Shown piece after piece: positions 38,501 to 46,548 of a stretch of DNA of 55,507 nt. The notes under the pieces are model-generated. The model was not told the DNA's origin and did no database searches. It worked only from the letters and a program-made list of their open reading frames with translations. The position numbers were made by a program, and so were the translations under genes. Source of the DNA: a virus (Duplodnaviria > Caudoviricetes). Position 1 is the stretch's first letter; the number at the start of each line of letters is the position of its first letter. The stretch is from positions 1 to 55,507 of the IMG/VR virus record IMGVR_UViG_3300046004_001044; one strand, given 5' to 3'.

Positions 38501-40886
38501 AGAAAAATTTAACACAGCTAAAAATATCTATGAGCGCGGGATGTATGCGTTCATTAATAGAACTGTAGCTGGTACTGAGGCTCAACAAAAAGAAGAGCTA
38601 GCAAGAAAGGTTGGATTGCTTAAGGAAAGTATCTCAAGACTTAAAAAGAAAGGGGATTTGAAGCAGCAGAAAATGGCTGACATCTACCAAGAGCTATTTG
38701 ATAAGCTTGGTCTTGATGAAAACAATCTTATCATTTCTGATATTGAGTCTAGAATCGATCCAATAAATAAGGATGCTGTAAACTGGTGGATTGATGAATG
38801 GGGTAAGCACTACTCTGACCTTGCTGATGTAAGTTCAAGCGTGTATAATACCATTCTTGGTAAAGATGTAAACTATACCCCAGATGCATTCTCAAAGATT
38901 ACATCTACGGCTGACAATATTGAACAGATACTTGAGGATAATGGCGGAGCTTTTGCTGCATCACTTAACTACGTGTACGATAAAAAAGCTGGAGCATTAA
39001 TGGAATCTAAGAAGTTATCTGGAATGGATATCGATAGATTCGTTAATCTAGACTTTGATGCTGTCAACTCTCGTGCGGTTAAATCAGCACTGATTGATAT
39101 TAACACTGCTGCAGCTACAAGACAGATTCAAGGATTTCTTTCTTCCGATGAATGGAGCGAAATCATTCCAAGTAAAGAAGACAGAGACTTGTATGAAGCA
39201 AAGCTAAAATCATACATTTTCAGATCAAGAAACAAAATGGCTGGATCAGCTGACAAAGATTCGACACTTGCGACTATTGAACGTATTACTAGAACAATGG
39301 GTCTATTGGGTACAACTAAAGCATTAGGTGGGGTTCTTCAGTCAATCAAGCAAACTGTACCAGTTATGATCAATACTGCAATCAATACTGGAGAAACAAT
39401 GAGAATCTTGACTCCATTTAAGGACAAAGATATTCATGACTGGATTGATAGAAGTGGTATGGCTATTTCGAATCGTGGAGCTGAATCAAGAACAAATATA
39501 GAGGCGGCTCATGATGTATTGGAAAAAGCATTTGAAGGGTCTGCAGTTGGACGGGCTACTGAAGAAACATGGAAAGCTATTGAAAAGGCAAATACAATGT
39601 GGCTTAAAGTGTTTCTTGCTAATCCAGATGTATGGGTAGCTCGAAGCGCATTCATTTCTTACTATAAGCAGGACTTGAAAAGACAAGGAATTGATGCTAG
39701 CAATATTGATTGGACAAATCACGAGATGAATACTGAGTCGGCAAACTATGCTCAACACATGGTTGATCGCCAACAGAACGTATCTGATACGAATCTTGGA
39801 GGTGAATTATTCACAAATGAAAACTTCTATGCAAAAATGCTTAAGAATATTTTATTCCCATTTGCATCGTTTGCTATAAACCAGAAGTCGAGAATGTATT
39901 CAGATGTCGCGACACTCACTTCAACTGATGGTTCATATGAGGATAAAGTAACAGCGATGAGATCTCTTGGAGGGGTAATAACTGAAATGCTTGCCTACCA
40001 ATCATTAGGATTGTATATTAGATATGCTATTTTAATGGCGGTCAGAGAGGCACTTACTGGATATGAGCCAGATGAAGAAGAGAAAGATAAATGGTTTGAT
40101 AATCAAGCAAAATATGCATCAAGACAAACAATAGTCGATCTTGCATCTCCAGCTCCAATTGCTGATTACTGGGTAATTGAGGCTGTGAATAAGATGATCG
40201 AAGCGGTATCTAATCCATCTGATTCTACAATCCAAGACGCGGTGAATGTTGAGAATGAAGCAAGAATGCTTAAAGGTGAGGACCCGCTTGAAGGATATAA
40301 AAAGGATGAATGGATTGCTAACTGGAAGAAAGAACAGATTAAAGACAAGCAGTTCTTAAATGATTCAGATATGTCATTCGGTACGCTTGGAATTATTGGC
40401 GATAAGGCTGGAAAACTTCTTGATATGATTGAAGTTGCTAATACTGGAGTACTTAACTATGAGTTTGCAGGACAGAAGCAAGAAAAATTCATCATGGAAA
40501 AAGATCGTGAAGCAGTTAAAACAATGATTCCATACATGGCGCTATATGTGGCTGGATTCGCACCTAAAGAGGTGGAAGATGCATCGAGATATGTGATAGC
40601 TGACACTAAGAAAATGGGTGTTTCAATGAAAAAGGGAGTTACTTATCAAGAAATTGTAGATTACAATAAAGGGAAAGAAGTTGATAAAATTCAAGCATTC
40701 TTGATTGATAAGATGAGAGGTACCGACGACATGAAGGCATCAGAAAGAATTATTGAGGAGATCGACTGGATCAATGAGAAAGGTGGGCTTGCAAATGATA
40801 AGCAGATGGATAAGTATATCGAAATCTACGAAAGAGATGGTAGCGTTGGAGCTACCGACATGGAGAAAATACAGAAGTTAAAGTAA
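32589..40886 (+). CDS. Giant internal virion / polyvalent protein (2765 aa) with zincin-like motifs
   Basis: HEAFH...EE (35985), HDFFGH...GEE (36885), Gly/Ala-rich membrane-like segments. Confidence 0.7.
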   Translation: MPVDYKEFAKTIKAKYPQYKDADDLTLAKKMVEKFPEYKDKVTFEPVKKKEKSESDSQSGASTSSSVTPSKQMPSPSGSSAQGYDPNKNLLKADQIAPKQESVSRTQVFTGYPTKEKNEYRVQDGIWQRRQPNESGWQNVLNEGSVNALNKQFNQKVAYSSAKEKYIGVTSSKKEVMDSKLTAINSKLIDKAEDEVVPKMKSLFPDFDFATSGTLTDEMKVIAPNGKTHTVSLDNFTYDSDKNEAVLLREFLRANSNDELNAAQKELNEAQKEAAVFDIPLFQPRITLGEGDERIITNPEDIKQAPKAEGNIMSANVRLDAATKAYAKETVQAFEDVMDRQVQAGKTSGKLDDEEARAAYAVLNHDWKTVKAYNDFSADMKSSADELTKQFTDFSTWVDGINARVKNGEISKEQYESEYLPQMQSGQEALRAKAVEIDADIKTSNNMYTSIERSSAENLVIQESRGSIGGGIAYNFTKGLTDIARLASMGAVSKDAQEDIVRSIVGQGTTAEYMSSDKRNDLTKVLFSLSQTLGQAATGGVLGGGASAASKAASFAPFYAGSYYEMRDQFDSPEFADVSDAQKILFSSLYGTASAVLEKYGLTKSIAKTPMGQGLTNRILNSAIKGLPKDATETQVRDAIENSVINKLKEAGVRTVSAAVIEGSTEAAQSATQITLKETFDLLNDNNYFDNGTGWDIAKQIATEAYLGAIGGGMMSVASSGTRIMADGINKSLNKGQMEMLDAISKLDGMDAAFDAHLKSKVISGEITPAEASEMNKSFREVKANMDKIPTDISIEKKSEAFDLMIERSKIEKEIEGKEDNLVVGQKERIKEINLSLQELSTAKAEPIEANDQVDVQINDQVVVDKPVIAKNATVEVERLKTLAPEVEDGATLNLDGSKYEGVGLVVPVDSINTTTEEITPEMIADFVESRQEMIGDAGVVKAGVYKFPNSNQVSIDLSVVVPETSREQAIEFGKLADQESLFDLGTFENVKTGGTGLNPMKFTPEQHREIATALKEGRVPNVFGSQSQAVEQNELTLDNYSDVEKSIVTNDKDGRATNIAKAARAVLKSLPSAKIYLHNTTEEYRDAIAKAEGSDREQVDIDENGDQQSNGTYLNGGIHIDMSRADASTVFHEAFHHAVVTTEMKKELMRDWVDGLKKIVSDKDLIAKLEGFESRYDGDVDSDKAEEFLAELNAILAEAKTELTTTKLQQFKQLVNSIAKKLGLPAVFKDSDTAQEVLNFMNDMAKNMRQGKEIKTTSVVGDIASRKKRMSEPVAGNKLFSEPLKDASVIAERYSEKSGIEYVDPAKISKLDESNSKAIAAEYDKMKNDPTDPEVKAAYDAMISETIDQYEEIIKDGYVIEVNNNEPYSSSEEMIKDLRDNKRMKIFSTESGFGDDPITDEQRAENPLLQRTKYSDSNGVPLLANDIFRFVHDFFGHAKFGNGFGPVGEENAWRIHSVMYSELARRAVTSETRGQNSWVNFSGVNDAAFKLRDKARELRKQGKINEANEMVGQVYDQMQFAEQKVGLMPEWVSETGPRKKQKSGKKPLQKAIDKSFAKSTKKVVINERVALRDQIKSEVKAARTAGLDKVRKFRAIAGAVNAMKRNGSITSKQAITIVNKLAKVNLDSPVATQKFIDYASKVFDNADYKQQLSDAFKIQRQIKNKLKNGQASTIAAAKAFASIDPLLVDDFSEYMEYANRVYSAVRSSRTTNSAVELKSAMDIQAISEYTDAMIEVQNEKRKEEILAVYQELVDAGVISEDMSLKDIQSVINSLKDPSNKDIQEESIRAFINGRIELLNNDIQFILKNSIDPSGDNLEITPRQRELISKLIKIDASKLSIKEAIRLVEFMDNFTANGVVDGIEEVSSIYEGKEGAARIKKEGIVARSLKTLNGKLSGSKTKAYGGAIWAQQMMTFVTLNDMMFKGVRRAGKVLTEMGFYAFSNGANKANNTWNKIVNEYSDTFTKLKPNGEKFNTAKNIYERGMYAFINRTVAGTEAQQKEELARKVGLLKESISRLKKKGDLKQQKMADIYQELFDKLGLDENNLIISDIESRIDPINKDAVNWWIDEWGKHYSDLADVSSSVYNTILGKDVNYTPDAFSKITSTADNIEQILEDNGGAFAASLNYVYDKKAGALMESKKLSGMDIDRFVNLDFDAVNSRAVKSALIDINTAAATRQIQGFLSSDEWSEIIPSKEDRDLYEAKLKSYIFRSRNKMAGSADKDSTLATIERITRTMGLLGTTKALGGVLQSIKQTVPVMINTAINTGETMRILTPFKDKDIHDWIDRSGMAISNRGAESRTNIEAAHDVLEKAFEGSAVGRATEETWKAIEKANTMWLKVFLANPDVWVARSAFISYYKQDLKRQGIDASNIDWTNHEMNTESANYAQHMVDRQQNVSDTNLGGELFTNENFYAKMLKNILFPFASFAINQKSRMYSDVATLTSTDGSYEDKVTAMRSLGGVITEMLAYQSLGLYIRYAILMAVREALTGYEPDEEEKDKWFDNQAKYASRQTIVDLASPAPIADYWVIEAVNKMIEAVSNPSDSTIQDAVNVENEARMLKGEDPLEGYKKDEWIANWKKEQIKDKQFLNDSDMSFGTLGIIGDKAGKLLDMIEVANTGVLNYEFAGQKQEKFIMEKDREAVKTMIPYMALYVAGFAPKEVEDASRYVIADTKKMGVSMKKGVTYQEIVDYNKGKEVDKIQAFLIDKMRGTDDMKASERIIEEIDWINEKGGLANDKQMDKYIEIYERDGSVGATDMEKIQKLK

Positions 40887-40890
40887 AGCA

Positions 40891-40916
40891 AAAGCCCAGA
40901 CCGAGATCTGGGCTTT
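40891..40916. terminator. Probable bidirectional terminator between convergent arms
   Basis: AAAGCCCAGA-ccgaga-TCTGGGCTTT. Confidence 0.8.
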
Positions 40917-41018
40917 CTATTACATAAGCATGTAATGAAGCGATTAAGTCGTCACATCATTTAAATCAGATTCTTTCTCAACCCGTCGACTGGTGCCTGA
41001 ACCGATGCTTATGCAGTC

Positions 41019-41207
41019 TTACATAGACAACATCAAGTAAATAAATATTTTGTTGATCATTTCAGTTATCGAATATGTGATATGCACACCAAATAACGAA
41101 AGTGCAGTAAACACTGTCCAAACTGTTAATTTGAATCTCAATGTTTCAGTCTTGTCGTGGATGATTATCGCTGTAAGCGTGATCCACAATAGTATAAAAG
41201 CCCACAT
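41019..41207 (-). CDS. Small membrane protein
   Basis: 62 aa, hydrophobic; TAATG coupling to upstream gene. Confidence 0.55.
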   Translation of the reverse strand: MWAFILLWITLTAIIIHDKTETLRFKLTVWTVFTALSLFGVHITYSITEMINKIFIYLMLSM

Positions 41208-42364
41208 TAGTTAAAGAAATAAGTTTTTAAATGCTTTCTGTCTGAATACATATCAACATTCTGAAGCACAAATCCGCTGCGTCCCTTCTTAAAGTTTGTT
41301 TGGACCCACTCAGATGATGGACTGAACGCTGGAAAGTTAAAATAATCAAATTCATCGGACGTGCACATGTCAAATAAACACTGATGTGAGTCTCCCTTAC
41401 TAAATTCTATGTACTTACACGCACGCAATTCACTATTGTGACGAATGTACTGAGAAATCTTTTCAACTGATCTAGGATCGAGCTGCGGCTTAAATCCGAA
41501 CTTCAAGTTGCGAGAGTCCTTTCCATGAGAAATAATGAACCCGTGATCGCCAATGATGTAGAAGTTGATAAACTTTTTATGATTAATCACAGTCACGTTT
41601 GGAAACTTGCAGTCAACAATCGCTTTGAATGCTGAGTTCAGAATGTAGCCAAAAGCGCCAGCATGATTATCTTCACAGATATTATTGCATGTAATGTGCT
41701 TGAAATGAGGAGCTAATTTCTCGATCATGTACAGTTTTGCTCGAAGTCCATTATCAAACGCTTCTTCATTGGTCATATTCTGTGGCAAGTGATGTCCTTT
41801 TCGAGTTGTTTCACCGTCCCATCCATCAAGATAATCACCAAGTTCATCAATGATTAACGTGTTGCTTGTTTTGTTTTCTACAACAAAGTCAGCCATAATA
41901 TCAATCCTACACATAAGAGCGCCAGCATTCCATTCAGCATCATACAAGGCCAATCCTTTTCTTGACGCATCCATTCCAACATGTACGTCGGTCCAGATTA
42001 GTCGATCAAATAATTTTGTTTTTGGTGCTTTGACTTTCTTTACTGGCTTAAATCCAGCCATGCATTCAGAAATGATTGCGTCGAAGTCGATTGATGATAC
42101 CTTATAGTTTGGGTTTCGGACAAACAGGCTGGCTTCCTTTGTTTTAAGCCATAAGTAAGGCACATTTGTTACACTTACTTCTAGACTTTCGGCTGCACTG
42201 GCTATTCCTTTGTCGCCCTTCTTGGCGTAATGCCTGACTCTCAGCCTGTATTTATCACTGTATGGCTCTCCTAATTCTTTGCATGCATGCTTTGCGGCTG
42301 CCATTGCATTCTGGGAGATGTTATTATAGTAATCCATTGCTATTGAAGCAAAATCTCTACTCAT
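41207..42364 (-). CDS. Calcineurin-like metallophosphoesterase with N-terminal extension
   Basis: DVHVG, LGDYLDG, EDNH, SHGK, GDSH metal-binding motifs. Confidence 0.8.
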   Translation of the reverse strand: MSRDFASIAMDYYNNISQNAMAAAKHACKELGEPYSDKYRLRVRHYAKKGDKGIASAAESLEVSVTNVPYLWLKTKEASLFVRNPNYKVSSIDFDAIISECMAGFKPVKKVKAPKTKLFDRLIWTDVHVGMDASRKGLALYDAEWNAGALMCRIDIMADFVVENKTSNTLIIDELGDYLDGWDGETTRKGHHLPQNMTNEEAFDNGLRAKLYMIEKLAPHFKHITCNNICEDNHAGAFGYILNSAFKAIVDCKFPNVTVINHKKFINFYIIGDHGFIISHGKDSRNLKFGFKPQLDPRSVEKISQYIRHNSELRACKYIEFSKGDSHQCLFDMCTSDEFDYFNFPAFSPSSEWVQTNFKKGRSGFVLQNVDMYSDRKHLKTYFFN

Positions 42365-42521
42365 GGTATGATTTTTTGATATCTAATAATGCTTTATTCA
42401 TTTTCTTGATAGATAGATCGATATCTTCGATACAGCCATCCATCATTGCTTCATAAAGCTCTGTCTTGATGTCATCCAGCTCGTCTATAGCTGAAGTGAC
42501 GTATGGTACGTTTACAATCAT
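42357..42521 (-). CDS. Hypothetical protein, 54 aa (not in ORF track)
   Basis: MIVNVPYV...KKSYHE*; directly after promoter, overlaps next gene. Confidence 0.55.
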   Translation of the reverse strand: MIVNVPYVTSAIDELDDIKTELYEAMMDGCIEDIDLSIKKMNKALLDIKKSYHE

Positions 42522-42527
42522 ATACGG

Positions 42528-42535
42528 CAAATGTA
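42528..42535 (-). promoter_or_regulatory. -7 promoter element (TACATTTG)
   Basis: Consensus match 6 nt before ATG 42521. Confidence 0.55.
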
Positions 42536-42574
42536 TAGATTATAAATGTAAGTGGCAAATAAAATTGAAATTAA

Positions 42575-43375
42575 TTACAGGTTGTATATTTTTAACCTGT
42601 CTGATTTCTCTAATGTGCATATACTATTTGTTGTGTATATCACATCAAAGTATTCAAGTAAATGGTCGATTCCATTATTGAATATACCATGACTTATAAT
42701 TAAATACAGCTTTCCGCAATTCTTTTTCTTTAATTCCTGAGCTATATTAATAAAGGTTCTGCCGCCTAAACATATGTCATCAACTATAAAGCAATCCTGA
42801 CCTTTCAGATCTTCACAACTTACAATTGTTTCAATTTGACCCGTAGCATGACTTCTTGATTTCATACAAGTTATGAAGTTTTTCCAATCTAAACTTTCTA
42901 TTTGCTTAAATTGAGTCTTGAACGCACCACTATCTGGTATTACCCAGTAAGAATCTTCTTTCATATCTATAAGTGAGTCGCGAATAATTGGCATGTTTGA
43001 CAGGATGATACACTTATCAATCATTTCAACCTTATCAGAGTGTGGGTGGTAGATGAATACACTTTCAATATTCTTAAAGGAATTTAAAAATCTTGAGACA
43101 AACTTGAGTCCAAATGATTCTTCTTGAGTGAACTGCCTATCATCTTGCTGGTACATCAGGTAATAAATTATTAATTCTACCTTGGTGTTTCGATTCTCGA
43201 AGTAGTCCAAAATAAATCCGACTATGAAGAAATCTTCATTTGTTTTGAATGATACAGTTACAGTTACTTTCTTTGAATCTCTATAAGTCGTAGAGAATTT
43301 AATGGAGTTATCTGGAAATTTTGTTAAGGTGTATTCATCGAATGCACCAAAACCTTTTCTTAAATCAATTGTCAT
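42575..43375 (-). CDS. PRPP-synthetase homolog (probable ADPR-PP synthetase, Adps of NARP1)
   Basis: FPD, YQQDDR, HPHS, VIPDSGA, IVDDICLGGRTF, SHGIF. Confidence 0.85.
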   Translation of the reverse strand: MTIDLRKGFGAFDEYTLTKFPDNSIKFSTTYRDSKKVTVTVSFKTNEDFFIVGFILDYFENRNTKVELIIYYLMYQQDDRQFTQEESFGLKFVSRFLNSFKNIESVFIYHPHSDKVEMIDKCIILSNMPIIRDSLIDMKEDSYWVIPDSGAFKTQFKQIESLDWKNFITCMKSRSHATGQIETIVSCEDLKGQDCFIVDDICLGGRTFINIAQELKKKNCGKLYLIISHGIFNNGIDHLLEYFDVIYTTNSICTLEKSDRLKIYNL

Positions 43376-43775
43376 GGTTAATTTCTTTTAATAATCTTGT
43401 TAATTCATCGTATACCTGACACATGCCTGCACGATCATCTATGTAGATGTTGGCATATACTTTTCTGGGAAATTTATTTCCAAGCATCTTCTTGCTTATT
43501 GGGGCCTCATCGTTAATGCTGTCATGCGGGATATTATTGGCAGACAAATACTCTTCGATAAAAATCAAATCCTGATTCCCAGTCCATATAATGATATAGC
43601 AATTAGCAGCGTGTAAATCTCTAGTAAGTTGGATTATTTGATCATAAGATCCACCAGTCTTGTGGAAGTCGTAAAGTGTGTCATCAAAATCTACACATAC
43701 TATTAAGCTTCCGTACTTTTTATATTCAGAGAGAAGCCTTTGGTAAGACTCCTCTCTATTTAAATATTTATCCAT
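43365..43775 (-). CDS. HAD-superfamily hydrolase (minimal, capless)
   Basis: VDFDDT motif I, WT motif II, K...YIDDRA motifs III/IV. Confidence 0.8.
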   Translation of the reverse strand: MDKYLNREESYQRLLSEYKKYGSLIVCVDFDDTLYDFHKTGGSYDQIIQLTRDLHAANCYIIIWTGNQDLIFIEEYLSANNIPHDSINDEAPISKKMLGNKFPRKVYANIYIDDRAGMCQVYDELTRLLKEINHDN

Positions 43776-45228
43776 GCAGATTCTTTTTTATTTTATCAAG
43801 TGTTGTTTCATTGAAAAACACTCCCATTGCATATATAGTTTGAAGCATTCCATTACCTTCCGATGCCCAGTTTTGACGATCAAATAGCGTTATTGAATTT
43901 CCTGATTTATGAACAGCTAATAATCCAGTTGCTGATTTCTTTGTTCCGTCATCAGTAATAGGGTCCTTAAATATTTCACGTCCTTCATTATTAACCTCTA
44001 CATAAGTAGCCTTCATGGCAAATCCAAATGTATCACGAGTGTTGTACTGGTATGTGAATGATCCAATTCCAAGTACTACATTTGTGCTAGCGAATCCTTT
44101 AGCTTCTAACCTGCTGCATATTTCATCCGCACGATCAATTGTAATTGAGTCACCGTAGATTGCTCCGATATGAGGATCAAGAACTTTATATCCTTGCTCA
44201 TTGACCGTTCCTCCAAATACATCCCAAAGTAATTCAATAACACCTTTTTGTTTAGGTATGTCTTTGGTAGATCTTGTCCATTTGTCCACTGATTGACCGC
44301 ATAAAATATCAACTGGATCTCCAGAATCAGGACGAATCACAATCTTACCATCACGAGCAAGAATCTCTTCCTTTAATACAGGTAAATGCTGTGTACATAC
44401 TTTCCATAAATCCCAAGTATCGGACACGATAGAAAGAATTCCTGTAGGAAATGTTTCCATTAATCTTCTGAAAGTTCCAAGCTCATCATCCTTTGTACCA
44501 GCACACATTACTGAGTGCTCAGTTGCGTTTACACTTCCTGCAATTGGGCCTTTGGCTCTGTAATATTTTCGAAGGCCATGAATTGCTGGTAAAGAGTCTG
44601 TACCCATAAATGAAGTTAAATGCCCCATTCCAGAAGCAACTGTAGCTTCAATCGAGTCAAGACCTCTCATTGAAAAGTCATGTCCCTGCCAATCAATGAA
44701 CCAAGCTCTTTCAATATCAGTCTTTTCCTGCCATTTAGACAGAACCTTTCTGTACTGATAAGCGATAGTTGCAGATGTCATTGGCTTCCATAGCAAGTTA
44801 GAAATGATAGTTTCCAAGTAATTTGTAACCCAATAAAATCTAGGATCTGTATTGAAAATTGTAAGGACTGGAACCTTTATTGGTACAAGCGTACCCTCTG
44901 GAATTGCCTTTACTTTTATTGGTAAATACCCTAAATCGTGAAGCTCTTCAAAATGAGACACGTCATAGTCACAATTTAAATACATGGATAATTCTTCTTT
45001 CATTTCACCACATACTTCATGTTTTGGCTTGCTGAAGAAGTCTTTATGGAAAGATTCATGGATTATTTTCATTACCATTTGTTGCCCAAATGAAACGACA
45101 TGATCACATCCTTTTGGAGCATACTTGTTTGATCTTGGAGTAAAGTTTGAGTAGACTAGCGTGGTCCCTGCTGGATACTGTAAGTGATGACCTACCTTGT
45201 ATCCGTCTGTTAATAGTAAACTGTTCAT
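43768..45228 (-). CDS. Nicotinamide phosphoribosyltransferase homolog (probable Namat of NARP1)
   Basis: TDGYKVGH, HDFSMRG, ATEHSVMC, VSDTWD, IRPDSGDP, IYGDSIT, RDTFGFAMK, KDPITD..KKS. Confidence 0.92.
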   Translation of the reverse strand: MNSLLLTDGYKVGHHLQYPAGTTLVYSNFTPRSNKYAPKGCDHVVSFGQQMVMKIIHESFHKDFFSKPKHEVCGEMKEELSMYLNCDYDVSHFEELHDLGYLPIKVKAIPEGTLVPIKVPVLTIFNTDPRFYWVTNYLETIISNLLWKPMTSATIAYQYRKVLSKWQEKTDIERAWFIDWQGHDFSMRGLDSIEATVASGMGHLTSFMGTDSLPAIHGLRKYYRAKGPIAGSVNATEHSVMCAGTKDDELGTFRRLMETFPTGILSIVSDTWDLWKVCTQHLPVLKEEILARDGKIVIRPDSGDPVDILCGQSVDKWTRSTKDIPKQKGVIELLWDVFGGTVNEQGYKVLDPHIGAIYGDSITIDRADEICSRLEAKGFASTNVVLGIGSFTYQYNTRDTFGFAMKATYVEVNNEGREIFKDPITDDGTKKSATGLLAVHKSGNSITLFDRQNWASEGNGMLQTIYAMGVFFNETTLDKIKKNLHG

Positions 45229-45247
45229 AATTTATTTTATTTTAGAT

Positions 45248-45676
45248 TTAATTTAACACATCATCAAGCATCTGCTCGAACTTGCTTTTCTTTTTTCGTA
45301 AATCTACAGATCGTTGTCTTGTCTTTGGGTCTGTTGCAGCTAATTTATGATCAACAAGTCTATATCCGTTCATAACAATTTTACCACCTATATTCTCATA
45401 CTTAGGTATTGGATAAGCGCACAAGCAAATCCATTCCATAAGCCTTTCAGATACTATATCTTCAGCATAAGCTATAGGTTCCATTTTCTTGTAGTATGAA
45501 GCTGTTGAATGATCTACATGAAGTAGTTTTAATACATGCTTGTTTCTAGCTCCTTTATTGTACATTTCTACAGCTATCTGGCGCTTCATTTCTGACACCC
45601 AATCAGACACCCTATTTCCGTCGATCAGATCGAAATAGTATTTTATTTCTACTAAGGCCTCTACGTCCAATTGCAT
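45248..45676 (-). CDS. Putative HTH DNA-binding protein
   Basis: LHVDHSTASYY resembles the DnaA C-terminal-type HTH (DHST). Confidence 0.45.
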   Translation of the reverse strand: MQLDVEALVEIKYYFDLIDGNRVSDWVSEMKRQIAVEMYNKGARNKHVLKLLHVDHSTASYYKKMEPIAYAEDIVSERLMEWICLCAYPIPKYENIGGKIVMNGYRLVDHKLAATDPKTRQRSVDLRKKKSKFEQMLDDVLN

Positions 45677-45915
45677 TTTGTTGAGAATTTAGGGTTATTA
45701 ATCTTGTATGTAACATTGTATTTAGTCATATCTTTTCCGCTTCCTTTATACATCCGAGTAACTGATTCCATAAATGATTTATGATGTACTTCAAGTTTTT
45801 CATTCATCACTACTGGAAACCTTTCGTAATACTTGGATGAAGGTAGAAGCCTACTCCCCTTTTTTATGGGAGTAAGCTTGATATCTACCTCAGCTATGTA
45901 AACTGCATAACTCAT
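45661..45915 (-). CDS. Hypothetical protein
   Basis: Overlapping array. Confidence 0.65.
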   Translation of the reverse strand: MSYAVYIAEVDIKLTPIKKGSRLLPSSKYYERFPVVMNEKLEVHHKSFMESVTRMYKGSGKDMTKYNVTYKINNPKFSTKCNWT

Positions 45916-46136
45916 TTGAATTTAACTGGGAATTTGTTTAAGTATTCAGCAACTTTTTCAAGATCCGCTAGTTTAATACATTTTCCATTCTCGTCCAATA
46001 CTCTAATTTGGCTTATAACAATGCCAGTTCCCTTTACGGGCCCATACATGGAAATCTCTAACGATGTGGGTGTTGGTTTTTGTAAATCCATAACTTCTAT
46101 TAACAGTTTGACATTCGGATCATCTAAGACTCCCAT
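45912..46136 (-). CDS. Hypothetical protein
   Basis: Overlapping array. Confidence 0.65.
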   Translation of the reverse strand: MGVLDDPNVKLLIEVMDLQKPTPTSLEISMYGPVKGTGIVISQIRVLDENGKCIKLADLEKVAEYLNKFPVKFK

Positions 46137-46294
46137 TGTATTTTTATTTGATTAGGGCATTCAGATTCTAGTTCAATCAACTTGTCCTTAAGCTTCTGTA
46201 TATTCCTATCGATTCTTCGTCTTTCAGCTTCCAAATATCGAATGGATTCTTTAGTGTCACTAATCTCTCGGTTTATTTGCTCTCTAGTTCGCAT
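46124..46294 (-). CDS. Small coiled-coil protein
   Basis: MRTREQINREI...; start at 46294 minimises overlap. Confidence 0.55.
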   Translation of the reverse strand: MRTREQINREISDTKESIRYLEAERRRIDRNIQKLKDKLIELESECPNQIKIQWES

Positions 46295-46548
46295 ATGATT
46301 GATCTTATTACTTTTAGCCTGTTTACTCTTCCTATCACAGTCATGCCATGGCATGCAACATCTTCTTTTTCCATTGATGTTCTCATCCAGAATGAAATCA
46401 GTTTTCGCTCAGTGTATTCTAGGTTTTTAAAATATGAATTAAGTCCATATTTTGTACCCTTGTATCCAAACATTCTGCATTTCCATAGCGGTCTACTCCA
46501 GTCAGCTTCTGCTTTTCGCATTAACTTTAAAAATTCATCATGTTCCAT
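46273..46548 (-). CDS. Hypothetical protein
   Basis: Overlapping array. Confidence 0.55.
   Translation of the reverse strand: MEHDEFLKLMRKAEADWSRPLWKCRMFGYKGTKYGLNSYFKNLEYTERKLISFWMRTSMEKEDVACHGMTVIGRVNRLKVIRSIICELESK

Noticed and set aside
2788-40348. Numerous 60-140 aa antisense ORFs inside large + strand genes, and + strand ORFs inside the - arm
   Set aside because: Fully nested opposite well-supported genes, no motifs; expected shadow ORFs
32589-40886. Virion RNA polymerase
   Set aside because: No catalytic DxDxD-type motif found; LDFDAV is insufficient; host-type promoters are used
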